DNA of 37,584 bases. Origin: Oscillospiraceae bacterium (lineage in GTDB: Bacteria > Bacillota > Clostridia > Oscillospirales > Acutalibacteraceae). Positions 1 through 8,360 of the stretch are shown here, piece after piece. Positions within the stretch are counted from its first letter, which is position 1. Each line of letters opens with the position of its first letter. The DNA lies in NCBI GenBank assembly GCA_902797915.1, contig CADBUK010000122.1, forward strand, positions 1-37,584, read 5' to 3'. The notes under the pieces are model-generated. The model was not told where the DNA came from, did not search any database, and saw only the letters and a list, made by a program, of their open reading frames with translations. The position numbers were made by a program, and so were the translations under genes.

Positions 1-823
1 CCTCAATACCGTGAGCGCCCTTTTCCTTGCGGAAGCAGGGAGAATAAGAGGTTAAGGTCATCGGAAGCTTTTCCTCGGGGGTAATGGTGTCAATAAACTT
101 GCCTATCATTGAATGCTCGGAGGTGCCGATTAAATATAAATCCTCGCCCTCAATTTTATACATCATTGCGTCCATCTCGGCAAAGCTCATAACGCCGTCA
201 ACAACGGCGGAGCGAATCATAAACGGCGGCACGCAGTATGTGAAGCCGCGGTTAATCATAAAATCGCGCGCATAAGCAAGCACTGCGGAATGAAGCCTTG
301 CGATATCGCCCATAAGATAATAGAAGCCGTTGCCCGCAACTCTGCCCGCGGCGTCAAGGTCAATGCCGTCAAAGGTTTCCATAATATCGGTGTGGTACGG
401 AATTTCGTAATCGGGCACAACGGGCTCGCCGTAGCGCTGAACCTCAACGTTTTCGGAATCGTCCTTTCCTATCGGAACGGAATCGTCAATGATGTTGGGA
501 ATTGTCATCATAATCTTGGTAACCTCTGCGGTCAGCTCCGTTTCCTTTTTGGAAAGCTCCTCAAGCTCGTCCGCCTGAGCCTTAACCTGCTCGCGCAGCG
601 CCATTCCCTCTTCCTTTTTGCCCTGCGCCATAAGGTTGCCGATTTCCTTTGAAAGCTTGTTGCGGTTTGCGCGAAGCTCGTCGGCACGCTTTTGTGCCTC
701 TCTTTTTTCTTCGTCAAGGGCGATTACTCTGTCAACAAGCGGCAGCTTCTCGTCCTGAAACTTCTTTTTGATGTTTTCCTTAACAATTTCGGGGTTTTCC
801 CTAACAAATCTGATGTCTAACAT
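1..823 (-). CDS. serS: Seryl-tRNA synthetase (5' part; runs off the window start)
   Basis: Not in ORF track. Reverse complement from ATG at 823 reads MLDIRFVRENPEIVKENIKKKFQDEKLPLVDRVIALDEE..., a typical SerRS N-terminus; AGGAG RBS at 831-835. Confidence 0.93.
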   Translation of the reverse strand, partial: MLDIRFVRENPEIVKENIKKKFQDEKLPLVDRVIALDEEKREAQKRADELRANRNKLSKEIGNLMAQGKKEEGMALREQVKAQADELEELSKKETELTAEVTKIMMTIPNIIDDSVPIGKDDSENVEVQRYGEPVVPDYEIPYHTDIMETFDGIDLDAAGRVAGNGFYYLMGDIARLHSAVLAYARDFMINRGFTYCVPPFMIRSAVVDGVMSFAEMDAMMYKIEGEDLYLIGTSEHSMIGKFIDTITPEEKLPMTLTSYSPCFRKEKGAHGIE

Positions 824-836
824 AATATTTCTCCTA

Positions 837-930
837 AAACAATATAATCGGGTGCGGGTTATTCCCCTGTTAGGGGAAATGTCTGCGTAGCAGACAAAAG
901 GGTCTGCCGCCTCTGCAAGAGGTCCCGCCC
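837..930. repeat. Composite REP-like palindromic element
   Basis: Outer arms GGGTGCGGG...CCCGCCC; 837-857 is 20/21 identical to 8291-8311. Encloses hairpins TTCCCCT-gtt-AGGGGAA, TGTCTGC-gta-GCAGACA and CCTCT-gca-AGAGG. Confidence 0.7.
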
Positions 931-936
931 AAAACT

Positions 937-1037
937 CGCCACAGGCGAATTTCACTGTCCGCTTGCGGACAATTTCACTTTTGCGAAGCAAAAATTTCAC
1001 TCGTGCGCAACACGAATTTCACTGCAAATAAGTTTGC
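937..1037. repeat. Linker/mini-hairpin array, locus 1 (AATTTCACT x4)
   Basis: AATTTCACT at 948, 971, 993 and 1015, separated and flanked by different 11-14 nt palindromes. Confidence 0.85.
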
Positions 1038-1888
1038 TATTCAGCAAGCTTATTTGCCAGGTCCTTCAGCTCTTCCATATTATAAAACTCAATTTCAAGC
1101 GTGCCCTTGCCTCTGCCGGTATAAACCTTAACGCGCCTGCCGAGAGCCTCCGTCAGCGAAAGCTCAACCTCGTCGTAAAAGCTGTCTCTGCGGCGTGAGC
1201 GTTTCTGCGGAACAGTACCCGCGCTGTCCTTTATTTTTGCAAGGCGTTCCACGTCGCGCACCGTCAGCTTGTTGTTGATTATATTCTGCGCCGCCTCGTA
1301 AATCATAGCGTCATTTTCAAGCGCAAGCAGCGCACGCGCGTGACCTGCGGAAATGTCGCCGTTTTTGGTCATCTCAAGCACCTCGGGCGGAAGCCTTAAA
1401 AGGCGCAGACTGTTTGCGATTGCGGGACGGCTTTTGCCGACGCTTGTTGCAATCTCCTCCTGGGTGAAGCCGCATTTATCAATAAGCGCCTGAAGGCCCT
1501 CTGCCTCTTCAATCGGGTTTAAATCCTCGCGCTGCAGGTTTTCGATGATTGCGATTTCCATCGTTTCGGTGTCGGTAAGCTCCTTAACAACTACGGGAAC
1601 CTCCTTCAGCCCAACCATTCTGCACGCTCTCCATCGGCGCTCGCCCGCTACAAGCTGATAGCCCCCGTTCGGCAGCGGACGCACAAGCAACGGCTGCAAA
1701 ACGCCGTGCTGGCGGATACTGTCTGCAAGCTCCATAAGCGTACCCTCGTCAAAGGTTTTACGCGGCTGGTCCTTGTTCGGCACAATTTCATTGATTGAAA
1801 GCGTGTTTGTAGCAACCATATCCTCGGTTGCGTTTTCAAACATCAGCGCGCCGAGCCCCTTACCGAGCCCTGACTGTTTCTTTGCCAT
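1037..1888 (-). CDS. parB: Chromosome partitioning protein ParB/Spo0J
   Basis: GLGKGL N-terminal ParA-stimulating motif, GERRWRA CTP motif, ENLQREDL, HTH GKSRPAIANSLRLL; downstream of parA. Confidence 0.96.
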   Translation of the reverse strand: MAKKQSGLGKGLGALMFENATEDMVATNTLSINEIVPNKDQPRKTFDEGTLMELADSIRQHGVLQPLLVRPLPNGGYQLVAGERRWRACRMVGLKEVPVVVKELTDTETMEIAIIENLQREDLNPIEEAEGLQALIDKCGFTQEEIATSVGKSRPAIANSLRLLRLPPEVLEMTKNGDISAGHARALLALENDAMIYEAAQNIINNKLTVRDVERLAKIKDSAGTVPQKRSRRRDSFYDEVELSLTEALGRRVKVYTGRGKGTLEIEFYNMEELKDLANKLAE

Positions 1889-1917
1889 ATCTATTCTCCT
1901 TTATTTCACAAGAACAT

Positions 1918-2679
1918 TTACTGTCTTTTTAAAAACTCTTCTGCAAGCTTTTTGTAGGCAAATGAAGGCTTTGAGTATTTTTCATAGTAAATTATAGGCT
2001 GTCCGAAGCTTGGCGCCTCCGCTAATTTAACGCTGCGCGGTATCATTGTTTTGTACGCCTTGTTCGGAAAATACTTGTTAACCTCGTCAATTACCTGCTG
2101 ATTTAATTTAAGGCGGCTGTCATACATAGTAAAGATTACGCCCTCAAGCTCAAGGTGCTCGTTATAATGCTGCTTAACCGTGCGCACGGTTGCTACAAGC
2201 TGGCTGAGCCCCTCAAGCGCGTAGTATTCGCACTGCAGCGGAACAATCAGAGTGTCCGCCGCCGTAAGCGCGTTAAGGCTCAGAAGCCCGAGGCTCGGCG
2301 GACAGTCAATAATAATGTAATCAAAATCCACTACAAGAGGCGCAAGTGCCTTTTTCAATGAAAAAAAGCGTTCCTCCTGCTCAGCAAGCTCAAGCTCTGC
2401 GCCTGCAAGATTCATATTCGCGGGCAGTATGGACAGGTTTTTAAACTCTGTTTCAATTAGAATAGCCCTTGCCTGTACGCTGTTAATAAGAATATCGTAT
2501 GTTGAATACTCAATCTCGCCCTTATCAACGCCAACACCGCTTGTGGAATTGCCCTGCGGGTCAACGTCAACAAGCAAGGTTTTCTTTCCTTTTGCGCCAA
2601 GCGCGGCGGCAAGACTAACACAGGTGGTTGTTTTACCGACTCCGCCTTTCTGATTAAATATAGCTACAATCTTTCCCAT
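1918..2679 (-). CDS. parA: ParA/Soj ATPase
   Basis: NQKGGVGKTTT deviant Walker A, DPQGN, DCPPSLG. Start moved to MGKIV (2679), which has a GGAG RBS. Confidence 0.96.
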   Translation of the reverse strand: MGKIVAIFNQKGGVGKTTTCVSLAAALGAKGKKTLLVDVDPQGNSTSGVGVDKGEIEYSTYDILINSVQARAILIETEFKNLSILPANMNLAGAELELAEQEERFFSLKKALAPLVVDFDYIIIDCPPSLGLLSLNALTAADTLIVPLQCEYYALEGLSQLVATVRTVKQHYNEHLELEGVIFTMYDSRLKLNQQVIDEVNKYFPNKAYKTMIPRSVKLAEAPSFGQPIIYYEKYSKPSFAYKKLAEEFLKRQ

Positions 2680-2796
2680 AAGTACTCCGCCTTTCATTGC
2701 CGGAAGGTTATATATATAAATAGTATTAATTTATATATTATATAATACAGTGTAATTATACACCAAAGCGTTACTATAAATCAATACAAAACGGAA

Positions 2797-2812
2797 AGTT
2801 TCACGTGAAACA
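2797..2812. promoter_or_regulatory. parS site
   Basis: AGTTTCACGTGAAACA, one mismatch to consensus TGTTNCACGTGAAACA. Confidence 0.88.
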
Positions 2813-2868
2813 CAGGGGACTTTTTTTAGAAAATTGTGTACTATACATTTGTTCTCACAATATATTGT

Positions 2869-2884
2869 TGTTCCACGTGAAACA
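2869..2884. promoter_or_regulatory. parS site
   Basis: TGTTCCACGTGAAACA matches the parS consensus. Confidence 0.92.
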
Positions 2885-2888
2885 TTGC

Positions 2889-2981
2889 TTTTTAACATTT
2901 TCAACAGACTTTTTAACAATTTATAGATTATATGCTGCATATAAACAATACTTTTAAACGGTTTCAACATAGTTTTCAACA
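2889..2981 (+). promoter_or_regulatory. Cluster of TTTTYAACA nonamers (putative variant DnaA boxes)
   Basis: TTTTTAACA 2889, TTTTCAACA 2898, TTTTTAACA 2910, GTTTCAACA 2961, TTTTCAACA 2973; same motif as in the dnaA-dnaN spacer. Confidence 0.55.
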
Positions 2982-3064
2982 AAACTGCGACAAATCAAAC
3001 ATAGTTACAGACAAAATCAGCACAAATAAACATTGTTAAAGTGAAATTCAATATCTTGTGGTAA

Positions 3065-3080
3065 TGTTTCACGTGGAACA
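3065..3080. promoter_or_regulatory. parS site
   Basis: TGTTTCACGTGGAACA is the consensus on the reverse strand. Confidence 0.92.
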
Positions 3081-3216
3081 CAAGAGTAAATAAATCCCTG
3101 TAATAATAGAAATGCAGAACAGCCCGCCTTTCGACGAGCTGTTCCGCGTGATGAAAAGAGGAGAATATGTTAAAACGGTCGCCCGTTTTAAGCTAAGTTA
3201 GTCTTTTTCGGTATAA

Positions 3217-4026
3217 TTAAGCGGTTTTTGGCGAATTATCCGCCTTTTCCGCGTTTTTAGGTATTCTGACAAGGAATTCTATATAATCCTCGGTTTCGGT
3301 TTTGTTCGACTCCGCGGGAATTCCTGCCTCAATCATAGTGTTAATCGCTTTATTTACGGTATTAACAAATATACGCACGTCCTTGAATATCTTAACAACG
3401 TTCTTTTTCGGGCGGGCAGGCTTGTTAATCATTGAGGAAATCAGCGATTCCGTCTGCGTAACGTTCAGGTTGCGCTCTTTAATCGCTTTAAGCGCCGTCC
3501 ACAGCTGTTTTTCGTCCTCAAGCGCAAGCAGGGCGCGTGCGTGCCGCTCGGTAAGCCCTTCCTTTTCAATGAAATACCGCGCGTCCGCAGGTAGCTTTAA
3601 CAGCCTCAGCTTGTTTGAAAGCGCGCTTTGACTTTTGCCTAGCCTTTTTGCAATCTCTGTTTGCGATAAACCGAAGTGATTTTGCAGTTGACTGATTGCG
3701 GTTGCTTCCTCAAAAAAGCTTAAATCAGAGCGCTGAATGTTTTCAAGTATTGAATACAGTGCGCCGTCCTCATAATCGCAGTCAACAATCAGGCAGGGGA
3801 CCGTGCTTTGATTTGCAAGAATTGCGGCGCGCAATCTGCGTTCGCCTGCAATCAGCTCGTAGTAGTCGCTGTTGTTAATCCGCCGTGCCAGAAGGGGCTG
3901 AAGCACTCCGTTTGCCTTGATGGACTCCGACAGGCTCAGCAGCTCCTCGCTTTTAAACTGCTTTCTCGGCTGGTAGGGGTTAGGAAGCAGCTTTTCGGTT
4001 GCAATTCTTAAAACTTCCTCGGGCAT
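3217..4026 (-). CDS. noc: Noc-like ParB-family protein
   Basis: PNPYQPRK, GERRLRA, HTH GKSQSALSNKLRLL (Noc-type Q/K), C-terminal KDVRIFVNT; canonical position between rsmG and parA. Confidence 0.8.
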   Translation of the reverse strand: MPEEVLRIATEKLLPNPYQPRKQFKSEELLSLSESIKANGVLQPLLARRINNSDYYELIAGERRLRAAILANQSTVPCLIVDCDYEDGALYSILENIQRSDLSFFEEATAISQLQNHFGLSQTEIAKRLGKSQSALSNKLRLLKLPADARYFIEKEGLTERHARALLALEDEKQLWTALKAIKERNLNVTQTESLISSMINKPARPKKNVVKIFKDVRIFVNTVNKAINTMIEAGIPAESNKTETEDYIEFLVRIPKNAEKADNSPKTA

Positions 4027-4087
4027 TTTTAATCCTCTCGATTACCCCTTGTCCTCACTGATATAATCTTATCACATTTTTTCACAG

Positions 4088-4121
4088 AAAAAAAGGATTT
4101 CTCGTCGGGAGAAATCCTTTA
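4088..4121 (-). terminator. Intrinsic terminator after rsmG
   Basis: AAAGGATTTCTC-gtcgg-GAGAAATCCTTT hairpin next to an A-run (U-tract on minus strand). Confidence 0.7.
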
Positions 4122-4143
4122 TATTATGTATTATTCGACAGTA

Positions 4144-4848
4144 TCAGAGCGGCTTGCTTGTAATTTTTTTAGCCCTTCTGGGATATTTTGTCGGCGTTTG
4201 CGAAATCTTTTTAATAACAACAAGGCGTCTCTTATCGCCGTTCGGCAGTTCAATCGGCACAACGCGCTCAAGCTCGCCGCCGAGCTTTTCAATTGCGTTA
4301 GCGGCAAGCGCCGTTTCATCCTCAGCGCCTTTCATTGCAACAAACACTCCGCCGACCTTAACAAGCGGCAGGCAGTATTCGCAAAGCTCGTTAAGCACCG
4401 CAACCGCACGGGAAACAACTACGTCAAAGCTTTCGCGCAGGTCGGTTTTTTGTCCGAACTCCTCGGCTCTGCCGTGCAGGATTTCGCAGAAGAGTCCCTC
4501 ATATTTAAGCGTTTCCCTAACAAAATTCAGCTTCTTGCCGACGCTGTCAATAAAGGTCAGCTCCAAATCGGGCCTTACAAACAGCAGGGGAAGCCCAGGA
4601 AAGCCTGCGCCGCAGCCTACGTCGGCAACGCGCGCCGCCTGCGGAAACTCAACCGCGTTAAAAACCGTAAGCGAATCCGCAAAATGCTTAACAACAACCT
4701 CGTCGGGCTCGGTTATCGCGGTTAAATTTGTGTGCGCGTTCCAGCGTTCAAGCCGCTGTGCCATCAGGTCAAAACGGTCAACCGCCATATTGTCAAGCTC
4801 AACGCCCACCTGATTTGCGCACTCTATTAGATAATCCTTGTCAATCAT
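4144..4848 (-). CDS. rsmG: 16S rRNA m7G527 methyltransferase
   Basis: NLTAIT, KHFADSL, DVGCGAGFPG, SRAVA, TPTKYPR motifs; follows mnmG. Confidence 0.96.
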   Translation of the reverse strand: MIDKDYLIECANQVGVELDNMAVDRFDLMAQRLERWNAHTNLTAITEPDEVVVKHFADSLTVFNAVEFPQAARVADVGCGAGFPGLPLLFVRPDLELTFIDSVGKKLNFVRETLKYEGLFCEILHGRAEEFGQKTDLRESFDVVVSRAVAVLNELCEYCLPLVKVGGVFVAMKGAEDETALAANAIEKLGGELERVVPIELPNGDKRRLVVIKKISQTPTKYPRRAKKITSKPL

Positions 4849-6715
4849 TTTTCATCGACTCCAAAATAATATTAAGCGCCGCCACGTCCGCGGGGTTAAC
4901 GCCGCTTATTCTGCCCGCCTGCCCGAGATTTTCGGGTCTGATTTTTGAAAGCTTTTCAATCGCCTCAAGCCTTAAACCCTTCAGCGAGGAGTAATCCAAA
5001 TCAGCGGGGATTTGCTTTGCCTCAATTCTGCGCATTTCCTTAATCTGCGCTTCCTGCCTTGCGATGTAGCCCTCGTATTTCACGGAAATCTCTACCTGCT
5101 CAAACACCTCGTACGGCAGCTCGGGGCGGTCATCGTCAACGGACGTCAGCGCCTTGTAAGTAACCTGCGGGCGCTTCAGCAGCTCAATCATTTTACAGCC
5201 CTTGGTTAAGGGCGCGGTGCCGCACGCCTCTAAAATCTCATTAAGAGCGGGGGAGAGGGGAAGCGATTTTTCCTCAACCCTTCGGCGCTCGTTTTCAATC
5301 TGCTCCTGCTTTTCAAGGAAGGCGTTGTAACGCTCCTCGCTGATAAGCCCGATTTCGTGCCCGAGCGGAGTCAGCCTGATGTCCGCGTTATCCTGCCTGA
5401 GCACAAGGCGGTATTCGCTGCGGCTTGTCATCATACGGTACGGGTCGCTGCAGCCCTTGGTAACAAGGTCGTCAATCAGCGTTCCTATATAAGAGCCGCC
5501 GCGGTCAAGCGTAACAGCGGGCTTGCCCTGAACAAATCTTGCCGCGTTAATTCCCGCAACAAGTCCCTGCGCCGCCGCTTCCTCGTAACCGCTGCTGCCG
5601 TTAAACTGCCCCGCGCCGAACAGCCCCGCGTAGTCCTTGAATTCAAGCGACGCTTTAAGCGAGGTCGGGTCAACGCAGTCGTATTCAATTGCGTAAGCGG
5701 TGCGCATAACCTGCGCGTTTTCAAGCCCCGGAATAGTGTGCAGAAATTCAAGCTGCACCTCCTCGGGTAAGGAGGAGGAAAGCCCCTGCAGGTACATTTC
5801 CTCGGTTTCAAGTCCGCAGGGCTCAATGAAAAGCTGGTGCCTTTCCTTGTCTGCAAAGCGAACGATTTTATCCTCAAAGCTCGGGCAATAGCGCGGACCC
5901 TTGCCGTCTATTTTACCGCTGTACATCGGCGAACGGTGCAGATTTTTGAGGATAACCTCTTTTGTTTTTTCATTAGTATATGTAATATAGCACGCCGCCT
6001 TGTTTTCGGGGCGGGCTTCGGTTTCAAAGCTGAAGGGCACGGTGCGCTCGTCGCCAAGCTGAATTTCCGTTTTGCTGAAATCCACGCTGCGCCTGTTGAC
6101 GCGGCTTGGCGTGCCCGTTTTAAAGCGGCGCAGCGGAATACCGAGCGCTTTAATGCTGTCTGCAAGCTCGGTTGCGGGGAACATGCCGTCGGGTCCGCTT
6201 TCGTAAGCCGCCTCGCCGATATAAATTTTGCCGCCGAGGAAGGTTCCCGTTGCAATTACAACAGCCTTTGCCCCGTAAACCGCGCCGAGCCTTGTTGTCA
6301 GCAGCCATCCGTTTTCCGACTGCTCAAGCGCAGTAATCTCCGCCTGCCTTAAATCTAAATTTTCCTGAAGCTCAAGCGTGTGCTTCATTCCCTTTGAATA
6401 CTCGCGGCGGTCAATCTGCGCGCGCAGCGAGTGAACGGCGGGTCCTTTGCCGAGGTTGAGCATACGGCTCTGAATGCTGTACCTGTCAGCCGCCTTGCCC
6501 ATCTCGCCGCCGAGTGCGTCAAGCTCGCGCACAAGGTGTCCCTTTGACGTGCCGCCGATTGAGGGGTTGCAGGGCATATTGCCCACGGAGTCAAGGTTAA
6601 TTGCAAACACAGCAGTTTTGCACCCAAGGCGCGCGGCAGCAAGCGCAGACTCAATGCCTGCGTGCCCTGCGCCTATAACGGCAATATCATATTGTCCCGC
6701 GTTATACTTCTCCAT
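4841..6715 (-). CDS. mnmG: tRNA uridine modification enzyme MnmG (GidA)
   Basis: GAGHAG FAD motif, CNPSIGG, GPRYCPS, AGQFNGSSGYEEAAAQG, SRSEYRL. Confidence 0.98.
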   Translation of the reverse strand: MEKYNAGQYDIAVIGAGHAGIESALAAARLGCKTAVFAINLDSVGNMPCNPSIGGTSKGHLVRELDALGGEMGKAADRYSIQSRMLNLGKGPAVHSLRAQIDRREYSKGMKHTLELQENLDLRQAEITALEQSENGWLLTTRLGAVYGAKAVVIATGTFLGGKIYIGEAAYESGPDGMFPATELADSIKALGIPLRRFKTGTPSRVNRRSVDFSKTEIQLGDERTVPFSFETEARPENKAACYITYTNEKTKEVILKNLHRSPMYSGKIDGKGPRYCPSFEDKIVRFADKERHQLFIEPCGLETEEMYLQGLSSSLPEEVQLEFLHTIPGLENAQVMRTAYAIEYDCVDPTSLKASLEFKDYAGLFGAGQFNGSSGYEEAAAQGLVAGINAARFVQGKPAVTLDRGGSYIGTLIDDLVTKGCSDPYRMMTSRSEYRLVLRQDNADIRLTPLGHEIGLISEERYNAFLEKQEQIENERRRVEEKSLPLSPALNEILEACGTAPLTKGCKMIELLKRPQVTYKALTSVDDDRPELPYEVFEQVEISVKYEGYIARQEAQIKEMRRIEAKQIPADLDYSSLKGLRLEAIEKLSKIRPENLGQAGRISGVNPADVAALNIILESMKND

Positions 6716-6730
6716 AGTGCCACCTTGTTG

Positions 6731-6848
6731 AATAAATAATTAATAATGAGAAATTAATAATTTCGGGTGGGCTATGCCCACACCCTTTATAAATAGGTGC
6801 GGATATTCCGCCCACAATTTTTCATTATTCACTATTCGTTATTCATTC
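6731..6848. repeat. Heptamer-flanked palindromic element (AT-rich type)
   Basis: Left TAATTAA/TAATGAG-type heptamers, two GC hairpins (GGGTGGGC-tat-GCCCACACCC; GGTGCGGA-tat-TCCGCCC), right inverted heptamers TTCATTA-TTCACTA-TTCGTTA-TTCATT. Confidence 0.65.
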
Positions 6849-6858
6849 AACGCAATTC

Positions 6859-8220
6859 TTATTTTCCAACACAAAACTTACTGAATATATTGTCCACAAC
6901 CTCTGCGGTTGCTTTTTTGCCCGTCAGCGCAAGCAGCTCGTCAATCGCGCTGTCCATCATAACGTTAACGGCGTCGTAAGTCATTCCGCTTTCAAGCGCC
7001 GTGCGCGCTTCGGTTATATAATCAAGCGCGTTTTTGCAGCAGCTTTTCTGCCTTTGGTTTGCTAAAATCGGGGCGGAAGCGTCAAACTGCTCAACACCGA
7101 GCAGGCGCTTAACTGCGTCCTCAAGCTCGGCTGCGCCCTCGCCGTTTTTTGCGCTGATGTAAACCGTTTCGGCAAACGCCGCTTCTATTTCGGCGGCGTC
7201 AATACGCTGCTGTAAATCTGTTTTATTAATAACCGCAATCGCTCTTTTGCCGCGGCATTGTTCAATTACGGTTCTGTCCTCGTCTGAAAGGGGAGCGCTG
7301 CTGTCAAAAACGGCAAGCACCAGAACGGCGGAGGATATTTTGTCCATCGCGCGCTGAATTCCTATACTTTCAACCGCGTCGCCGCCCGCGTGAATTCCCG
7401 CCGTGTCGTTAAGGTGCAGCACAAGCTCGCCGAGTCGAACGCTCTCCTCAACAACGTCGCGGGTTGTGCCCGCAATTTCGGTAACAATGCTTTTCTCCCT
7501 GCCTGCAAGCAGGTTCATAAGCGTAGATTTGCCCGCGTTAGGCTTGCCCGCAATAACGGTTTCCACGCCCTGCGTCATCGTCTGCCCGTTTTCGTAGCTG
7601 TTAATCAGCTCCTGCAGCTGAGCCTGCGCGGTTTTTAGCGTTTCGCCCAGCTCCTCCTGCTCAAGCTCGGGTATTTCCTCGTAAGGATAATCCACCCACG
7701 CCGCCATAAGCGCACTGCAGTCGGTCAGCCTTTCGGTAACGCCGCGGATTTTATCGCTCAGCGCACCCTGAAGCAGATTGAAGGAGGCCTTTGCCGCCGC
7801 CTCGCCCTGCGCGGAAATCAAGTCCGCCACGGATTCAGCCTGCGTTAAATCCAGCTTGCCGTTAAGGAACGCCCTTTTTGTAAATTCGCCCGCCTGTGCA
7901 GGCTCCGCGCCCGCGGCAAAAACCGCGCCGAGCGTCTTTTCTATTATATATATACCGCCGTGAACGGAGATTTCAACAACGTCCTCGCCCGTATAGCTTT
8001 TAGGCGCACGGAAAACAAGGGCAACAGCGTTGTCAAAGCATTCGCCGGCGCTTTTTACACTGCCGAACTTTGCACGGTAGCCCTTTAGATTGAGCAGGGA
8101 AGAGCCGTCCGCGCAGACAAAAACCCTGTCTGCAATTTCAACAGCTCTGTCGCCGCTTATTCTGATTACTCCTATTCCGCCCGGTGTGTTGCCCGTGGCG
8201 GGCGCTGCGATAGTCGTCAT
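6859..8220 (-). CDS. mnmE: tRNA modification GTPase MnmE (TrmE)
   Basis: PKSYTGEDVVE, GEFTKRAFLNGK, GKPNAGKS, GTTRD, DTAG, NKTD, C-terminal FCVGK. Confidence 0.98.
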   Translation of the reverse strand: MTTIAAPATGNTPGGIGVIRISGDRAVEIADRVFVCADGSSLLNLKGYRAKFGSVKSAGECFDNAVALVFRAPKSYTGEDVVEISVHGGIYIIEKTLGAVFAAGAEPAQAGEFTKRAFLNGKLDLTQAESVADLISAQGEAAAKASFNLLQGALSDKIRGVTERLTDCSALMAAWVDYPYEEIPELEQEELGETLKTAQAQLQELINSYENGQTMTQGVETVIAGKPNAGKSTLMNLLAGREKSIVTEIAGTTRDVVEESVRLGELVLHLNDTAGIHAGGDAVESIGIQRAMDKISSAVLVLAVFDSSAPLSDEDRTVIEQCRGKRAIAVINKTDLQQRIDAAEIEAAFAETVYISAKNGEGAAELEDAVKRLLGVEQFDASAPILANQRQKSCCKNALDYITEARTALESGMTYDAVNVMMDSAIDELLALTGKKATAEVVDNIFSKFCVGK

Positions 8221-8231
8221 AAATCCTCCTA

Positions 8232-8360
8232 TCGAATTTATGAATTCGGAATGCGAAATGCGGAATTAAATGTTACTCGCGCAAGCGCTCAAACAATACA
8301 ATCGGGTGCGGACGGAGTCCGCCCGATAATTCCGAATTCCTGATTCTTCATTCCGAATTA
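8232..8360. repeat. Heptamer-flanked palindromic element (AATKCGG type)
   Basis: AATTCGG-AATGCGA-AATGCGG left, inverted AATTCCG-AATTCCT-GATTCTT-CATTCCG right; second copy at 32964-33034. Confidence 0.8.

Noticed and set aside
84-717. Short ORFs in the track over 84-717
   Set aside because: Antisense or off-frame shadows of serS.
937-1037. CRISPR array call for the linker/hairpin arrays
   Set aside because: Repeats are only 6-9 nt and spacers under 20 nt and palindromic; no cas genes or leader.
2731-2982. 83-aa minus ORF with repeated MLK
   Set aside because: It is the translation of the TGTTRAAAA nonamers and parS sites; no RBS or recognisable family.
4096-4118. Possible Noc-binding site upstream of noc
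   Set aside because: Does not match ATTTCCCGGGAAAT; better explained as the rsmG terminator.
4126-6731. Long plus-strand ORFs opposite rsmG and mnmG (similar ones opposite the LCP gene, gyrA, fba and the phosphoesterase)
   Set aside because: Antisense shadows of conserved genes, expected from codon bias; no motifs.
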